From Wolbachia endosymbiont strain TRS of Brugia malayi (lineage in GTDB: Bacteria > Pseudomonadota > Alphaproteobacteria > Rickettsiales > Anaplasmataceae), in the NCBI RefSeq assembly GCF_000008385.1, contig NC_006833.1, positions 60,001 through 92,000 of the forward strand: DNA of 32,000 bases, given 5' to 3'. Below are positions 28,570 through 32,000 of this stretch, in pieces (positions within the stretch are counted from its first letter, which is position 1; each line of letters begins with the position of its first letter). The notes beneath the pieces are model-generated. The model was not told the DNA's origin. It searched no databases and saw nothing but the letters and a program-made list of their open reading frames with translations. A program made the position numbers and the translations under genes.

Positions 28570-31430
28570 CGGTGACTAAATAACTCGCCGAGATTCAAAC
28601 TGTATTTTTTTCGCACAATTTAAACCTATGAATTTATTCTTATCCGAAATGTTTGAATACTGTAGGTCGTATTTTTTATATTCAAAGAACTCATTTCCCA
28701 GCGCATTGTAAAAGGTCAGTTTATAATCATCACTAAATTTAACGGCTTTTAAAAAATGGAAATCCCTGCTAATAACTACCTTCTCTTCTGTAACATGATT
28801 ATGCATAACTAATTGGTCATTGAGCATGTGGTAACCTATTTTTGGTAAAGTAGCCATTGTCTTATCATTCAAAACAATATTTGCTTCATAGACATCAGAA
28901 GATAGTTCTTTTCCTTTTTGCAAAGTAAATTTCTGCTGTGATTTCCAGCCTTGATTAAGCTATCTATTGCTGTAAATGCATCACTTTGTTATATTGACAC
29001 TGTGATAGGACCGTTATCACCATACATTGTGACATAAGCACCATCCTTGTTTGATATGCAGATAGTTTGAGAACAATCGTCCCCTGTCAAGTAAAGCCTG
29101 CCTGTTTCTTCTTTGATCTTTTTGCAACACTAGATTATTTTCATCATAAAAATTAATGAATTTTAGTACTCCAGTTAATGGGTTTCCAGAATTGTAAAAT
29201 AATAACCCAACACCAAAATCTTGACCTTCTATGTTTTTCAATACAGGGCTGAACTTCCTTTATGTAAAACTATTTTATCGTTTTCCCACCTTAATTTTAC
29301 ACCATTAGTATTGTTTCCTATTTCCAATATGACATTATTGTTTGAATGGATATTATGCTTGTTGCCATCATGCTTTAACCTGTAGTATGCAGTAGGAAGT
29401 TTAATCAGCTTTTTATAGAGTGGATCTTTGTTATCTATTCTAAATGTGTATTGTTTCATACTATTTTACCAAAATTTACTTTAACAGTTTTTCACCTTAA
29501 ATAGCCAGCAGTCTCCCGGATAATGGCACTGAGACTACTTAGAGGAGTAACATCATCCATAAAATTTTTGGTTACTTGTTGCTATTTTTTTAGCGTTAAC
29601 AAAACCTCTTTACTGTTCGTTGCTTTCTAAGTCCTTTCCATGCAATCTTTTAAAATAGCCAAAAATCTATCAGTTTGTTTGTAATGAGGTCATGGTTTTT
29701 TTGCAACTGAGCATGAGAGTTTCAACAGTTTGTTACGGGTCTTCATCATTAGATAATGACTTACTCACAATAGTTGACTGTAGTTCTATTGGATCAAAGT
29801 TTAAACTTTTTTTGAAATGCTGCATTTTGGAGCTGTTTCTGCCAATACTTTTGCATCTATCATTTTGCCACTTGATTGAGCTCCTGTATTTTATTTTCTA
29901 TTTTATATTCATCTTGTTTTACAGAAGGATAAGAGAAATTTATTACTTGAGATATAAGTGAGATTGGTCTACTTGCCACACTTGCTACTAGGCTGTTAAA
30001 ATTTTCAGCTTTTCTCCTTCTTCTACATGCAATACAAACTTGATCTGTAGGTTTTGTCTTACAAAATATATCTTTTTCTTTATTTAAAGTTCCTTTGTTT
30101 CTTGTTTAAGGGTTTTAGTACTTTGTTTTGATAGAAATGCTTCTCTAGCAAAATCTTCGGCATTTTCGCTTGCGGTTTCAGCTTTTTTTGTAAAATTCAC
30201 TACTTTATCGTGTAGTTCTGTATTCTTATCTTTAGCATTTTGAGCGAAGCTTTTAGAAACATTTCTAGCTGTCTCTGTTGCTTCTTTAGCATCCTGAATT
30301 TTAATTTTCGTTTGATTCATCTCACTCAAAAACTGATCAGCCACTTCAGCACCTAATTCCATCTTCTTCCTTTGGACTTTGATAGACATAACCTGGTTCA
30401 CCTTTAGGACCAGCTGGACCTGGATAACCTGTGAACCAGAAAGTCCACTTGGTCTACATCTAGCCGTAAAGTATCAACCATATTTCCCAAAGGGTTTAAC
30501 TCACTTTCTAGTCTTTCAACCCTTTCTTCAAACCTATAAGTTCTCTCAGTTTCACATCAACCTCTAAAAAGTTACCGAAATTTTCTAAGTTATAATAATA
30601 AGGATATAAACTTGAGTTATTACCAGAGTTATATTTTACAAAATTGAGTTTTAAATCATAAAAGTTTTTACATTCACCATTTTCACTTGATATGCAGCCA
30701 ACGTAGTTATTACCTGGCTTTTCCATTGCAAAATTACTATCTTTTTCTTCCAAGCTCTCTATTTTATGAGAAGGGAATAGTTTGAAGTTACCATCTCTCC
30801 TGTCGAATGTTGGGACAGCATTGTTCAGTATATCAATCTTATGCCAATATAATCATGTATTTCAACGTTCTTATAAGCTTTGTATACAAATTGCGATTCT
30901 TTAAAAAAGTTCTCTCCAATTCGTACCTCAAGTCTATTATTAGGCAAAAATTTAAGATTTTTAAAAATAGAGCTTATATTTTCACTACTCGTTATATTGT
31001 TTGAATCTATTAAAATCTTACTGTTTTCCAGTAATTCGTAGGAACATTACACCTTTCATGATCGAATATATAAACATATTAACTATTTATCTATTTTCAG
31101 ATATACGACCAATAGTAGCTATATTATTAAGAGATTATACCATTACAACTTTCATTATAGTAATAATAGTAAGGTTCATCTGAGCTAGTAACTAAAGCTA
31201 ACTTATTATTATTTTTTATTGTTTTTAGCTTTAGTTGTAGCCCTTGAGAAAATGATTCAGTACCTTATGTACCCCGCGACTATAGTCAATCATAATAAAA
31301 CGCTGATCTGTAAGCTCACCGATAGTAACATAAGATACAGTAGGAAAACTAAGTGTCGTTTTACTATTTACTCTTACTTTAGTAGTTATCACATAACAAT
31401 TTGCGTTACTGCAGACATTACCTTGGAGCA
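28570..31430 (-). pseudogene. Long decayed gene (or cluster of related genes) with collagen-like Gly-X-Y patch, coiled coil and repeated-looking segments
   Basis: Successive minus-strand fragments across frames: 'ITTKVRVNSKTTLSFPTVSYVTIGELTDQRF' (31231-31431), 'ILIDSNNITSSENISSIFKNLKFLPNNRLEVRIGENFFKESQFVYKAYKNVEIHDYI', 'CISSENGECKNFYDLKLNFVKYNSGNNSSLYPYYYNLENFGNFLEVDVKL', 'GLSGSQ/GYPGPAGPKGEPGY', 'FLSEMNQTKIKIQDAKEATETARNVSKSFAQNAKDKNTELHDKVVNFTKKAETASENAEDFAREAF', 'VILEIGNNTNGVKLRWENDKIVLHKG', 'GLLFYNSGNPLTGVLKFINFYDENN', 'RLYLTGDDCSQTICISNKDGAYVTMYGDNGPITVS', 'LPKIGYHMLNDQLVMHNHVTEEKVVISRDF'. Confidence 0.6.
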
Positions 31431-31514
31431 TCTTCTTTTTCTAATTCAAAACGCACTTTTACCTCCTTCCACGTTCTATATTTTAGATGTAGTTAATTTA
31501 CAAATACTAATTAT

Positions 31515-32000
31515 TTGTTGATAATGATGTATAGCTATAGTTACGAGATTGTGGATAATACTATAACACTTAAAATGAGTTATATTATTAACGCATATAG
31601 CAGACTTGAAACCCCTATGGTTAGAGGGGAAGGAGTATATCTTTTTGATAGAGACGGTAAGAAATATTTAGATTTTGCTGCGGGTATTTCTACAACCTCT
31701 TTAGGACACTGCCATCCGTACATTGCAGACAAGCTAGAAGAGCAATTGGGTTAATTGTGACACTGCTCTAATATTTTCACTATTCCTAAGCAAGAAAAGC
31801 TTGCTGAGTGTTTAGCAGCACTTACTTTTGCAGACAAAGTTTTTTTTTACTCAAGTGGGCTTGAAGCAACAGAAGCCGCAATTAAATTTATTCGCCATTA
31901 TTTTTATTCAAAGGGACAAGAAAAGCGTAATCTTATCATTACAATCGAAGGAGGGTTTCATGGTCGCAGTATTGCTGCGATTTCTGCTGGGGGAAATAAA
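31515..32000 (+). pseudogene. argD: ArgD-like class III aminotransferase with two in-frame stops; continues past window
   Basis: 'MSYIINAYSRLETPMVRGEGVYLFDRDGKKYLDFAAGISTTSLGHCHPYIADKLEEQLG*L*HCSNIFTIPKQEKLAECLAALTFADKVFFYSSGLEATEAAIKFIRHYFYSKGQEKRNLIITIEGGFHGRSIAAISAGGNK'. Same frame throughout, interrupted by TAA and TGA. Likely native start at ~31575. Confidence 0.85.

Noticed and set aside
1-32000. CRISPR array, retron, toxin-antitoxin or phage-defence island
   Set aside because: No regularly spaced direct repeats, cas-like, reverse transcriptase or paired toxin/antitoxin ORFs were seen. Intergenic oddities are better explained by pseudogenes and dispersed palindromic repeats.

Overview
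This window looks like a chromosomal segment of a Wolbachia-type (Anaplasmataceae) alphaproteobacterial endosymbiont: AT-rich, mostly conserved core genes, with eroding DNA between them. Well-supported genes are elbB-like, ffh, an orphan MrpD/NuoN-like membrane subunit, a GltD-like/FNR oxidoreductase, fabZ, skp/ompH, bamA, rseP, sdhE-like, zapA-like, an IHF/HU-family gene, rpsA, tRNA-Ala(TGC), typA/bipA, an Rpn/PD-(D/E)XK 'transposase', mrp/apbC and ubiH-family. Decayed loci are a penicillin-binding protein (ftsI/pbp type), a multi-frame hypothetical gene, two unrelated-state IS66-family transposase remnants, a long broken gene with a collagen-like Gly-X-Y patch plus coiled coil and repetitive segments, and an argD-like gene with two in-frame stops. 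The most interesting sequence-level signals are (1) three palindromic repeat elements apparently inserted in frame in the 1111-aa GltD-like ORF, which also seems to be C-terminally truncated, and (2) the decayed collagen-like/coiled-coil gene at about 28.5-31.4 kb. I found no convincing new defence, toxin or RNA-guided system and no CRISPR array. All family assignments come from reading motifs by eye; no database search was run.
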